Positions 26,944 through 40,100 of a stretch of DNA of 57,415 nucleotides are shown in pieces. This DNA is from Prorocentrum cordatum (lineage: Eukaryota). A model generated the notes under the pieces. That model did not search any database, was not told the origin of the DNA, and saw only the letters and a list, made by a program, of their open reading frames with translations. The position numbers were made by a program, and so were the translations under genes. Location of the stretch: assembly GCA_963575745.1 (NCBI GenBank), contig CAUYUJ010000029.1:62001-119415 (forward strand). The letters are read 5' to 3'. The stretch's first letter is position 1, and each line of letters opens with the position of its first letter.

Positions 26944-27992
26944 CTGCCGTGCGCGCAGCGGGCGGCGCCTGCGCTCGTGCCTCCCTCTCGGCCAGTCTTG
27001 GCTCCTCCTCCTCTTCCTCCTCCTCCTCCTCCTCTTCCTCCTCCTCCTCCTGCTCCTCCTCCTCCTCCTCCTCCTCCTGTTCCTCCTGTTCCTCATGTTC
27101 CTCCTCCTCCTCCTCCTCCTTCTCGTCCTCCTCGTCCTCCTCGTCCTCCTCGTCCTCCTCGTCCTCGTCTCCTCCTCCTCCTCCTCCTCGTCCTCCTCCT
27201 CCTCCTCCTCCTCCTCTTCCTCCTCCCTCTCCCCCTCCCCCTCCTCCTCTTCCCCCTTCCTCCCTCTTCTTCCTTTTTCTCCTCCTCCTCCTTCCGCTTC
27301 TCTCCTCCTCCTCCCTCCTCCTCCTCCCTCCTCTCCTCCCTCTCCTCCTCCTCCTCCTCTCCTCCTCTCCTCCTCCTCCTCCTCCTCCTCCTCACTTGCG
27401 TTTCCTTGTACATAACTCCTCCCTGTCGCACCCCGGGGCTGGTTTTAGGGCGGGCTGGGCGTTTCGCCGGAGACTTCCTCACTAATCATGACCATGCAAC
27501 TTAAGCAATTGCAAGAGTTTCACGGATTGAGGGCGGTTTTTTTTCAACATGTGGCTCTTGCCTTTAGCGCCGCGCACAATCGTTTTTAAGCATTGTAGGA
27601 GCTTCACGGATTGAGGGCGGCTCCTTTTTCACAATGTGTTTCTCGCCTGCGCGCCGCGTACATTCGTTTATTCCCCATATCCTAAGATGGGGTTCTTGTT
27701 ATTACTTGGACGCCTCCTACTCCTCCTTCTCCCTCCTCCTCTTTTCTCCTCCCCTCCTGTCGGACTTACTCATACTCCCACTTGCTCATACACAGACTTA
27801 CTCATACTACTCACACCCAGACGTACTCATACACAGACTCACTCATACCCAGACTTACTCATACACAGTATTAGTCATACTCAGACTTACTCATACCCAG
27901 ACGTACACATACACAGACTTTCTCATACACAGACCTACTCATACCCAGACTTACTCATACACAGACTTACTCATACACAGACTTACTCATAC

Positions 27993-28445
27993 TCAGCACC
28001 CCTAAGGGGAGCCGCCAGGGGTGGTTGCACGGGCTCGTTCGCGGCCATTTTGTGGGGATGTCTCAGGCGGTTTGCTTGTTTCTGGGCCCAACATCCTTCG
28101 CTTGGAGAGCAGATTGTGAGGATGTCTCAGGCGGGGCGCTGGTTTCAGCACCCCTAAGGGGAGCCGCCAGGGGTGGTTGCACGGGCTCGTTCGCGGCCAT
28201 TTTGTGGGGATGTCTCAGGCGGTTTGCTTGTTTCTGGGCCAACATCCTTCGCTTGGAGAGCAGATTGTGAGGATGTCTCAGGCGGGGCGCTGGTTTCAGC
28301 ACCCCTAAGGGGAGCCGCCAGGGGTGGTTGCACGGGCTCGTTCGCGGCCATTTTGTGGGGATGTCTCAGGCGGTTTGCTTGTTTCTGGGCCAACATCCTT
28401 CGCTTTCGGAGCAGATTTGGAGGATGTCTCGAGCGAGGCGCTCAT
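27993..28445. repeat. 151-152-bp tandem repeat (~3 copies)
   Basis: tcagcacccctaaggggagccgccagg at 27993, 28145 and 28296. Confidence 0.92.
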
Positions 28446-28529
28446 TTTCACCCCCCAGGTGGGCCAGATTTTGAGGATGTCTCGATCGGTTTGCTTGTTT
28501 TGGTGGCCAGGCTCGTGGGCGCAGATTCT

Positions 28530-29165
28530 TCTCAGGATGCCACAGGAGGCTCCAACAGGCTCCAGGAGGCCCCAGGAGACCACATGAGGTCCCAGGAGGC
28601 ATCAGGAGGCCACAGAAAGACTCAAGAGGCCACAGGATGTCCCAAGAGGCTCCAGGAGGCCCCAGGAAGCTCCAGAAGGCCTCAGGAAACCACAGGAGGC
28701 CCCAGGAGGCAACAGGAAGCGCCAGGAGGCCTCGGAAGGCAACAGGAGGCCCCGAGAGGCCCCAGGAGCAGGAGGCCTCAGAAGGCAACAGGAGTGGCTC
28801 CAATCCCATGTGTTTTACGTATGCTCCTATCGATTGGGCCTCACCTGGAGCACGATTCTTTGATGTTCTACGTATGTTTCTATAGATGGTCCTTCTCCTG
28901 TGTACACAATCCTAAATGTTTTACTCATGTTCCTATGTATTGGGCCTCTCCTGGGGCACGAGTCCTTGGTGTTTTACGCGTGTTCCTATAGATTGCCCTT
29001 CTCCTGTGGCTCTAATCCGCAATGTTTTATGTACGTCTGTTGCTATAGATTGCGCCTCTCCTGGGGCACGAAACCTTCCTAGGAGGTCCCAGGAGGTCCC
29101 AAGAGGCTCCTGGAGACCCCAGGAAGCCCCAGTAGGTTTCAGGAGGCCCCAGGAGGCCCCAGGCT
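28530..29165. repeat. 10-bp (CAGGAGGCCC)-type repeats flanking a degenerate ~58-bp AT-richer repeat; a similar 10-bp (CCCTGGAAGC) tract lies at 26325-26710
   Basis: Directly visible periodicity. Confidence 0.75.
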
Positions 29166-29569
29166 CATGCACAGAGACGCGCTCGTACTACTGAGGCTCA
29201 TTCACACTCCAATTCATTCGCAATTAGATTGATGTCCAGACCGTCACAACTGAAGCCCGTTAATATTCGAAAGCTCTTGCGCCTAGACATTCACGGCGGA
29301 CAGGTCCATGCGAGTAGATGCACATATGGGGAGCTCCACGCAGTGAATAATTTTACTGAGCTTCACAGCTCGAGGCTGGTTCCTTTTCGAACTGTGGCCC
29401 TCGCTTTACCGCCTCGCACGTGCGTTTTTAACATATGCAAGAGCTTCACATTTTCCCATGATCAGCATTCCAGAAATCGTGTTGTGGAAAGGTTCATGAT
29501 TATGAAGGTCAACCGTTGATCCGTGGCGTTGGAATCCCGACACCAATGTGTTGGCATGCTTCAGAAGGG

Positions 29570-30040
29570 GGCGCGGTATCATGGCAACTTCGACAAGGGT
29601 AGACACGATGATGATGGTAGCGATGCTGGTGACGATGTTGACAACGACGACGGCACGGCCAAAGACAGCGCCGATGCTGATCACGCCGGCGACGATGCCG
29701 GCGTCCTCGCATCGACGACGAAGGTTTTGGAAGGAAATCGACATGCGCGCCGGGCCGACGCGCGAGAGTGGTCCGCATGGTATGAATTTGCACGGATCGC
29801 GCCCCGCCAGCACGTGCGCAAGGGCGTTCGAATCGTTTCGGCATGCGGCGCGAGAGGCCCGTTTGGCAGAATTCCATGGCCATGTTGAACAACCGATGTT
29901 TTTTTTCGGAAGGATTCGCAAGAGCGCGAGCGCAGGCTATTTTTAAAATTGCTGTTGCGACACATTTTTTGGTTTCGGGACACTCGGCTTGTATGTATGT
30001 GTATATATATATATATGTATATACACCCCCCACATCTATG

Positions 30041-30073
<33 letters not shown>

Positions 30074-33000
30074 GCATTCCAATTCTTCTATTCTATTGCC
30101 CGGGCTCCCCCCAAAAACCAGACCCTCCCCAGGGACGCCCCGGACGCCCTTCCGGACGTCTCGGCGGCACCCTGGACTTCCCTGGAAGAGGTTCGCTGAC
30201 CTTTCCGTGCCTCCCAGGGCGCTTTGCCGGGCCTTGCGAACACACTCAAGGCGATCACAGGGGTTATCGGAGAGGCGCGAAAGAGACCCAAGACAGCACA
30301 AGAACGCTCCGGGAGGAACCTCGATGGTTTGAAGACGGCCCAAGAAGCCCCCAATACGCCCAAAGAGGCCGTTAAGAAAGCCCCGAAGAAGCAACAATCG
30401 TCTCATTCCCTTCGGAAAACGTACAGTCTTAGCATATCCGCAGTTTGGGTCTCCGCCGCGTCCGAAACGGCCCGGTGGGCCCCCGATGTCGCCCCAAAAC
30501 GGCCCAACAGGCCCCCCAGAGGGTTTGAAGACGGCCCAAGAGGGCCCCAAGACTGCCCCAGAGAGCCCCGAGACTGCCCACAAGAAGCCCAAGATGCCTC
30601 CAGAAGGCTCCCAAGAGAGACCCACGAAAGCCATGGGGGAGGCCCCAGGACGGCCCAAGAGGGCCCCAGGACATTCCCGAAAAACTAAACAAACGCCCAG
30701 ACGGCGTTTTCCTACGAAGTACATCGAGCTAGCCCGACGATCTCGGTTCCACGCTTGAGGCTCGAGGTTTGCATTCCTCGATCGAGAGAGACCGGCAATG
30801 GATCTAGATTCGAAGTTCGACGATCGAAGATTTTCTGAATGCCTGGAGCCTCCCAGGCATTCAGGAAGCCACCGAACATCGATTTGTTCGGAGCTGCTGC
30901 GGCTCAAAGGACCTTCGCGCGTGAACAAAAAGTCATTCCTTCCCCGTTTCTGCGCACAGCTTGCAAACGCATCGGGCGAACGCGGTGTCAGCAAACAACA
31001 GGGATACCAGATACATGAGCCCGTCGCCCGTCCACGCCTCGATGTCCCCTCTGCTGAAACAAACAATGACTTATTGCTTTGCCGGGGAAGCGTCCGGAAC
31101 AAGGCGCATGGCGCGAAACGCCAAATGCAGTGTTATATATATAGATATAGATATACATGTATATATACATATGTATATATATAGGTATATATATATATAT
31201 ATATATATAGGTATATATACATACATACGTAAGGATTTTGGCATCCGCGCGCGAAGACGCGCGCGCGCACTTCGTCCCATTTCTTGCAAAAGGCTTCTCC
31301 CCACATCACGCGCACAAAGGCGTTCGAAAGATTGCACCAAGACCGCGCGAAGCCCGTTTGGTAGCATGTTCTAGAAATGTTGAACCACGTTATTTTTCTC
31401 ATCAGGAGCCGCAAGAGCGCGCACACTTTTGTTTAGAATCCGTGTTTCGGAACCATGTGTTATAGGTTTGTTTGATACTCGATTTTGAAACAGTTGCGAC
31501 ACCTGAGGTTTTGACGGATTTCGGAATGCGTACGCGACGACGCGCGCGCGTGCACTTTGTCTCATTTGTTGCAAGGGGTTTTTGGAAATAGGGGGGGGTC
31601 GTACCAATTGGGTTGGGATGGTGCGAGTTCAGATTTAGGATGGGCGATGGGGCCGACACATATTCAAAATACACTACGGAAAAAAGGTACCGTTAAGTCC
31701 GGGGGTGGGGGAGGGGATCGATCCTAATACTCTCTTAGACAGGAGACTTTAGTAGTTGAGTGTACGTTGTGCAATCTCTGCGGTGCAATCTATGTTGTGC
31801 AACACACCAATGCTCAACTTGAAATTGTCCACTCCACTGCTCGCGCAAACATCCCACCCACCCACCCGCAACGTGGTTTGCAACCCCCCTGCGGGAGCGA
31901 TTGCGATGAGTGCTTGGTGTTGGCTGGTGCATCCTTGCGGCCGCGCTAGCCCGCGCATGCTCGCGCGCGCAGCGGCAAGCTAGTTGGGTGCGCCCGATGC
32001 GAACGCGGTGGCGCTGATCGCTCGGCACATCCCAGCGGGCATTTCAGTGCGAGTCGGCGGCTTGGGCGGGCGCGGTATAATGGCAACGTCGACAACGGTA
32101 GACATCATGATGATACTTGCGATGCTGGTGACGATGCTGGCCACGACGACGGGGCAGCCAGTGACGGCGCCGATGCTGATCGCGCCGGCGACGATAATGG
32201 CGTCTTCGCGTCGGTGCTGAAGGTTTTGGAAAGAATTCTAAATGCGCGCGCGGCAGGCGCGCGAGAGTGGCCCGCATGCTACTATTTGACACGGGTCGTG
32301 CCACCCCAGCGCGCGCGCAAGGGCGTTCGAACGATTTCGACATGCGCGCGCGCGAAGCCGATTTGGTAGCATTTTATGAAAATGTTGAAACACGCATGGT
32401 TTTCTGAAGAATTCGCAAGAACACGCGCACGCTTTTGTTGAACATCAGTGTTGCGAAACCCTGTGTTTTGGTATGTTTTTGGGCACTCGATTTTGACATC
32501 CTGGCGAAATCGGGCGTTTCTGAAGGATTTCGGCATGCGGGCGCGACGACACGCGCGCGCGCATTTCGTCCCATTTGTTGCAGAGAATTCTCACGACGAC
32601 ACGCGCGGAAAGGGCGTTCGAACGATTTCGACATGCGCGCGCGCGAAGCCCGTTTGGTAGCATTCGGTGAACATGATGACACACCTACGGTTTTCTCAAG
32701 ATTTCGCAAGAGCGCGCAAACAAGTTTTTTGTTGTTGTTGTTTTGTTTTGTATTGTTATATATATATATATATATGTCTCTCTAGATCGATAGATAGATA
32801 GATAGAAAAACCGTGTTGCGAAACCCTGTGTTTTTGTGTGTCCTTTGGACACTCAATTTTGAAATCCTTCCGAAACCGAGAGTTTCTGAAGGATTTGGGC
32901 ATGCGCGCGCGACGACGCGCGCGTGCACTTCGCTTCATCTTCTGCAAGTGATTATTGAACATTTATGGTTTTTGATAAACGAATGTGCGCGCATCGTACT

Positions 33001-33360
33001 GATGGAAAAAGATGGCGGGGGGGGGGCGATACCGGCCCCCCTGGGATAGTGTAAACTCATGTCTCGAATGGACGATGGGGCAGGATCATATGTAAATTGC
33101 AATACGAAAGGGTGGATGGTTAAGTCCGGGGGGGGGGAGGGAGGTAGAACCTATCATTTCTAGACAGGAGAATCTATATTGTTCAACCTATATTGTGCGA
33201 CAGGTGTGTTGCAACCAGTGGGGCAACCTATGTGTTGCAATATGCCTTGCTCAATCTATGTTGCGCAATCTATGCTGTGCAGTCTATGTTGCGCAAGTCG
33301 TTTCTGTTCGCAGTGACCTGTCAACCCCACTGCTCGCGCAATCATCCCGCCCGCAAGGGT
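29570..33360 (+). mobile_element. Further copies of the same family (29570-30090, 31210-31740, 31740-33165, 33165-33360), interrupted by other repeats
   Basis: Terminal gttaagtccgggg at 31692 and 33119; head ccactgctcgcgcaa at ~31834 and ~33327. Confidence 0.7.
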
Positions 33361-34125
33361 AAAACCAAACGTGACCATTGAAAGGAGTGCTGACACTGCC
33401 CACCAACAGGCGCTGCACATTCTGAATCGCATAACGCAACTTGTACTGGAAAGGTTCACATTCACCACGCACGGAGCTTTACCGTAGAGAGTGCAGGCAG
33501 ACCCGAGTATACGAGCAATGTCGCCCGACACCGCTGGAAACCAACGGCTGGGTGAACGGTTAGACAGGATCCACCCGAGCCTCACTGCCGAGCCACAATC
33601 CACCAACCAAGGCGTTAAGCAGTTTCACAACAGCCGCCTGCTTCAGGCCACGTAGCGAATCTGAAATCCGCTGCGTGCGCAATGACTAATGCTAATGGTG
33701 CACCTCCACAATTTCCACACCGAGCGAGCGCGAAACGAGAACTTGAAATAATAAGTTGCGAATTGACCAGACAAAAGGGACAAATCCCTCCAAGGAACAC
33801 CACCATTGAAATACATTCAGGGACAGGGGGGGGCTTCCGCATGGGAAAGCCCGCCGGCACCCCACGCGCTCCGCCCCTGCGGTGGACCGCGCCGAAGATG
33901 CCCACGAAGGAGGAACAAACTTCCTTTGCCTGTATACAGGATCCCAGCTGAAGGATATCTGGAGGCCACGCAGTGGATACACGTGCGCAAGGCCAACGTG
34001 CCTGGCCAAACGAAGTTCGAGCGCTGGAAACGCATCCGGCCACATGCGTATCCAACTCTCGCCCAGGCCAGCAGTGTGACGTGCATCCAGCTTCCCTGGC
34101 GGGGTTCTACGTCGACGTCGCCCGC
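33355..34125 (+). pseudogene. Possible highly degraded non-LTR (LINE) reverse transcriptase fragment
   Basis: Weak collinear motifs KGK (33356), NLKSA (cf. DLxSAF, 33658), GFRMGKPAG (cf. GxRQGxP) and FYVDV (cf. YVDD, ~34105). Confidence 0.3.
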
Positions 34126-34146
34126 ATCCGCGCAGGGGCACGCCGC

Positions 34147-34174
34147 CCAGGCAGAGAAACAGGCGGCGCGGAGC
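34147..34174 (-). CDS. Putative micro-exon Z of the helical-repeat gene: (R)LRAACFSAW
   Basis: cccag|G acceptor and TGG|gc donor; in frame with exon A; LRAAC matches LLAAC of the second repeat. Confidence 0.45.
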
Positions 34175-36035
34175 CTGGGAGAGGCAGGGGGGGGCCGAAG
34201 GGAGGAAGGGCGGGAAGACGGAGCATGGAGGAGCAGAAAGCGAATGGGAGCAAGGGTGAGGGAGGTAGCTTGAACATGAGAGGAAGGGAGACGGGAGCAG
34301 GGGGCGAGGGCGGAGCGGCGACATGAGGAGAGATGGCGATGGGAACTGAAAAAGGGAAAGCTCAATTGGCGCTCGGCCGGGTTCCCGCCTCCTCCCCCTC
34401 TCGCTCTGTCCTCGCTCCTCTCTCACTCTCCCTTCTCCTCGCCTAGCCCATCGAGATGTAGGCTACATGTTATCGGTGCTACCCTCACACGCCCCTCTGC
34501 CCCCAATCCTCCTGCTCATTATCCCCCCGTTCATGGATCACTGGTAAGTAGGAGTCGCAACTGTGGCAAGGCGTATTCAGTGCCCATGCGTACTGAGATA
34601 AAGGGGGCAACCGAAATTCTGAGTCGCCTCAGCAAGCTCTGTGCGCAAAACAGCAAGCAAGCACGCCATTAATCAGACATCTAGGCATGTAGGCAGAGAA
34701 GCAATCAAGCAGGTCATCGGGCAAGCAATCAGGCACGCAAGCAGATAATCCATCATGCAATCAAGTAGACACGCATTGACAAGTAAGTAAGGCCAGGGAA
34801 GCAGTCATGCAACCACGCGGAACACAATCAAGCGTGCAAGCTATAGGCAAGCGAGCCGGCGAGAACGCACGCAACGGAACACGCAAGCACGAAATAACGA
34901 ATCAATGGATCGCGAGCGGACGCAAGCGAGCGCGAGCGATCATGAAAGCAAGCAAGCAGGCATGCAATCAACCAATCAAACAAGCATGCTGGCACAAGCA
35001 CGTGAGCCAATCTTCATGCCCAAACATTCGAAAACAATCACGGCAAGTGAGCCCAACGGGCTTGTGGACTGGGTGGAAATCGGCCGATCGAACACCCAGT
35101 CGCTAGCCGATTAGACAACTAGAGGAGGGAAAGGACGATGACGAAGAGGGAAGATAAACACGAGGGAGAAGGAGGAGGATTAGGAGGGGTGATGAGGACG
35201 AGAAGATGGGAAGAAGGAGGAGAGGACACGGGAGGAGGATGGGGAAGAGGACGGGCAATGCGGACGAGGGAGGGAGGACGTGGGATAAGGAATGATGAGG
35301 AACGGGGGCGGAAACTCACATAAGTGCAACAACGGTACTCGCACTCTCGCCCGCAGGCGGGACCCTGGGCGTCGACCAGCCGAAGATGTCGAGCACTGCG
35401 CCGCCTCTTCCGTCTCCCCCTTCCCTCTGGGTCGCACGAGCACTTCGGTTTGGGGTCCCTCGCGCGCGGGACGCCAGCTGGGGAAACGCTGGTTGATTAC
35501 ATCCCAGCACAGGGGTGCGACCATATTCGATAAGGAGTCTCTGGGGGGAGAAGGGCAGGAAGAAGACCAGGATGAAGAGGAGGAGGAGGAGGAGGAGGAG
35601 GAGGAGGAGGAGGAGGAGGAGGAGGAGGAGGAGGAGGAGGAAGGGAGGAGGATTGAGGAAGGCGGAGTTGGAAGGATGGAGTGGGAGGAGGAGGTGGGAG
35701 GAGGAGGAGGAGGAGGAGGCGGAGGAGGAGCAATATTGAGAGGAGGAGAAGAAACAGACCCTCAACTGGTGCATGTCTTATTTGCAGGTGGTAATCCAGG
35801 TCCTCCTCCTCCCCACGGTCTCGACCGCCCTAGACTACGCAAAACACTAAGCCCTCGCCCAGAACGGACACGAGTCCTGCAACAGATGCCGATCGTACAA
35901 CTGAGGAGCGATATGGACTGACCGTGCGCCAGAAAAGGGACGAACCCAAACCTCTGGTGGCTCGGACATGTTGGTCCTGATTTTGTCGGTCAACGTGCTC
36001 GTCGGGTTCTGGAGGGCGTTTCCGGGCCCTGGGAT

Positions 36036-36211
36036 TAAGTCGGGCCTGTCCCTCTACAGGAGGAATGTTCGAACATAGTTTTAAAAATAGCATGGGGACG
36101 AGTTGTTGAGCATTTTTGCGGATATTGTTGTTTTTTTTTGGGGGGGGGGGGTTCTTAATTTTTTTTCATTCTTCGTCTAAAATCCCCCTGTAGGGGGACA
36201 CGCCAGACTTG
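36036..36211. mobile_element. MITE-like element, copy 2 (inverted relative to copy 1)
   Basis: taagtcgggcctgtccctctacagg ... cctgtagggggacacgccagacttg. Confidence 0.8.
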
Positions 36212-37147
36212 ACCCTGGGACAATCAACCATCGACCTGGGATGCACATCTAGCCCTGGGAAAGGGGGTCGAGAGAACTGGGGGTCGGCGACTCGAACAGA
36301 GATCTGGCCGGCAGTGGTCTGGCTGGGAGCGAGCTCTCGATGTGCACCACGCGAAGTACGCCGCAATGCCATGGCATGCATCGCGGAACGACGCTTTTAG
36401 ACAACAGCGTTGCTCCACGCCGGCGCACAGCGCTTCCATATCGAAAGTGATCAGGTCTTGACGCGTGTGAGTGCGTATGGGCTGATGCCGCGAAAAAGCC
36501 ATCTCCAGGCTGACTATGCCAGCAGGCTCAAACTGGTGCCAGTCTGAAGGGCGGGGAGGTGGAACCTTCCCTGCACGGGCCACTCGCTGGCAGGCGGGCC
36601 GCTGGGAAACATGGGAAAACGCGTACGCTGAGCCGCAGCATGTGGGAAGAGTGTGGCTGGCTGCGCTCCTGCACTTGCAGGCCGAATTCAGAGATGCAGG
36701 GGGTGCTGCCTTTCCTGGCTCGCCCCTCGCGGACTGGATCAGTGGAAAGCCTGGCCTTACTCTGACCCTCAGTTCGCGGAATGAGGCCCCGAAGCCGTCG
36801 AGAACATCACCCCGCGATCCTCGCCCGGCGCTCCAGGTCCCAGGTCCTGCGTAACGCAGGCAGTGGGCCAGCGGCGCCCCCGCGAAAAACTATTGACGCA
36901 GCAATGGTCTCGCCCAGCGCTGGCGGCATGCCGTCAAAAAAACACCCAGATGGGCAAGCTGCCCCTGGATGGGGGTCGTGACAGCTGCGCGCGCGGCCGG
37001 GGCGACGAGAGGGGCTGGTCCCGAATGCTGGGCTGGCGGCTCCGCTGGACCCGCCCCCTCCACGTTTGCCCCCTCCCCTCTCTTCTCCTATGCCCTCGCC
37101 TCCTCGTCTTCCTCTCCACGCGGGGCCAAAGGCCAGGCCATCCCAAA

Positions 37148-40100
37148 CTACTCCACGAGGGCGTGCCTGACTGAGACCGCAGGACCCGTGACCAGGACCT
37201 CCGCCTGGACTTCGTGGCCACCGACGAGCAGCGTGACCTCGCTGCCCGATTCCAACTCGGGCAACAAATCTTCTGCCCAGGCTTTGACCACGACCTTGCC
37301 TCTGGCCAGTGTCTTTTCGCCGCGCTGGCGGCTGCTCGAGGCATTGCTGCCGCTCGCGCCGCTGCTGGCCGCGGGCGCGCGGAGCCCGAGGGCCGCACAG
37401 CTCCAGGGATCCCTGGCCCACTCCGGGTCCCTGTCGTCCCTGGAGCCTGGCACGCAAGCTTCCTTGCACGCCGCCCACCACTCGTTCTTGACGTAGCACT
37501 GCATGCCTGCCGACTTGCAACACTGCACGCTTGCACAATTCTCATCGTATGTCTCTGCACACTCGGAGCGGTCGTCTGAGGAGCCTCCACCCGTGCCAGC
37601 AGGGGTCGGCTCGGCGCCGACGATTGTTGCGGGCTCAACGCTGATGGGGGCCACGGAGAAGTTGTGGAACGTGACCGTCTCACTGCACGCCTTGACGTCG
37701 TCCACGGCGCACGGGCCCTGTCCGTCGGCGCCCTTGCCGTCCATCCACAGCATGTCGTTCGCGCTCCAGTAGCTCACGATGGGCGTCATGCCGGCCTCGA
37801 GGGCGCGCGAGAGCTCGGCCATGCCGTCGTACGAGCCAAGGCGCACGGACACGTTGCACGGCTTGCCCTGCTGGGACAGCGTCACCTCCATGGCCACGAG
37901 CGAGCCTTTGCCGTCCACGGGGAACGCGGCCTCCACCTGGAAGGGGCGCGCCGTGTCTACGCACCTGGCGCCTGCGCCATACTCTGCGGAGCCCCAGTCC
38001 CTCGGGCCCGTCCAGCTGTCGCCCCCGCCGTAGCCCCCGCCCACCCCGCTCGCGTCGGTCGCGGTGTGGAGCGTGGAGTGCCAGGCCAGCTGGTTGGCCT
38101 CCTGGACGTCGATCTCGGCGCAGGACTCGCCGCAGACGTTGTTGGCGTCACAGTAGTGATCGGAGCACTGCGACGGTGCCGCGTTCTGGCGCATGGAGGT
38201 GAGGTAGAACGCCGCGTTGCAGCCGCAACCCGCTCCTGAGAGGTCAACGCTGTAGCTCAGCACCTTCCCCAGGAGATCGAGGGCAAGGTACTGCTTGTTG
38301 TCGTACTTCCCCGCCGTGCACTCGTCGGCGAAGTAGGCGCGCCCGTCCATGTGCGCCACGAGCTCCCCACGCCCGGTCACGTCCACGGGCTTGAGGCCCT
38401 CCGGGTCAGCCCAGCCGGTCGGGACGAGCTGCACCGACCCGTAGCCTGGCATGTCGAACTCGCCGGGGCAAGCGACGGCCGCGCGCGCCTTCGGCGCCGC
38501 CGCCGTCGACGCCACGGGCCCCGAAGAAGCATTGCTCTGCGAATGCATGACCCGCGGCGGGGGGACCGCGATGGGGGCCACGGAGAAGTTGTGGAACGTG
38601 ACCGTCTCACTGCACGCCTTGACGTCGTCCACGGCGCACGGGCCCTGTCCGTCGGCGCCCTTGCCGTCCATCCACAGCATGTCGTTCGCGCTCCAGTAGC
38701 TCACGATGGGCGTCATGCCGGCCTCGAGGGCGCGCGAGAGCTCGGCCATGCCGTCGTACGAGCCAAGGCGCACGGACACGTTGCACGGCTTGCCCTGCTG
38801 GGACAGCGTCACCTCCATGGCCACGAGCGAGCCTTTGTCGTCCACGGGGAACGCGGCCTCCACCTGGAAGGGGCGCGCCGTGTCTACGCACCTGGCGCCT
38901 GCGCCATACTCTGCGGAGCCCCAGTCCCTCGGGCCCGTCCAGCTGTCGCCCCCGCCGTAGCCCCCGCCCACCCCGCTCGCGTCGGTCGCGGTGTGGAGCG
39001 TGGAGTGCCAGGCCAGCTGGTTGGCCTCCTGGACGTCGATCTCGGCGCAGGACTCGCCGCAGACGTTGTTGGCGTCACAGTAGTGATCGGAGCACTGCGA
39101 CGGTGCCGCGTTCTGGCGCATGGAGGTGAGGTAGAACGCCGCGTTGCAGCCGCAACCCGCTCCTGAGAGGTCAACGCTGTAGCTCAGCACCTTCCCCAGG
39201 AGATCGAGGGCAAGGTACTGCTTGTTGTCGTACTTCCCCGCCGTGCACTCGTCGGCGAAGTAGGCGCGCCCGTCCATGTGCGCCACGAGCTCCCCACGCC
39301 CGGTCACGTCCACGGGCTTGAGGCCCTCCGGGTCAGCCCAGCCGGTCGGGACGAGCTGCACCGACCCGTAGCCTGGCATGTCGAACTCGCCGGGGCAAGC
39401 GACGGCCGCGCGCGCCTTCGGCGCCGCCGCCGTCGACGCCACGGGCCCCGAAGAAGCATTGCTCTGCGAATGCATGACCCGCGGCGGGGGGACCGCGATG
39501 GGGGCCACGGAGAAGTTGGTGGAACGTGACCGTCTCACTGCACGCCTTGACGTCGTCCACGGCGCACGGGCCCTGTCCGTCGGCGCCCTTGCCGTCCATC
39601 CACAGCATGTCGTTCGCGCTCCAGTAGCTCACGATGGGCGTCATGCCGGCCTCGAGGGCGCGCGAGAGCTCGGCCATGCCGTCGTACGAGCCAAGGCGCA
39701 CGGACACGTTGCACGGCTTGCCCGGCTGGGACAGCGTCACCTCCATGGCCACGAGCGAGCCTTTGTCGTCCACGGGGAACGCGGCCTGCACCTGGAAGGG
39801 GCGCGCCGTGTCTACGCACCTGGCGCCTGCGCCATACTCTGCGGAGCCCCAGTCCCTCGGGCCCGTCCAGCTGTCGCCCCCGCCGTAGCCCCCGCCCACC
39901 CCGCTCGCGTCGGTCGCGGTGTGGAGCGTGGAGTGCCAGGCCAGCTGATTGGCCTCCTGGACGTCGATCTCGGCGCAGGACTCGCCGCAGACGTTGTTGG
40001 CGTCACAGTAGTGATCGGAGCACTGCGACGGTGCCGCGTTCTGGCGCATGGAGGTGAGGTAAAACGCCGCGTTGCAGCCGCAACCCGCTCCTGAGAGGTC

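Noticed and set aside
29681..31102. 473-aa minus-strand ORF
   Set aside because: It crosses (TA)n tracts and several unrelated repeats and has no recognisable domain.
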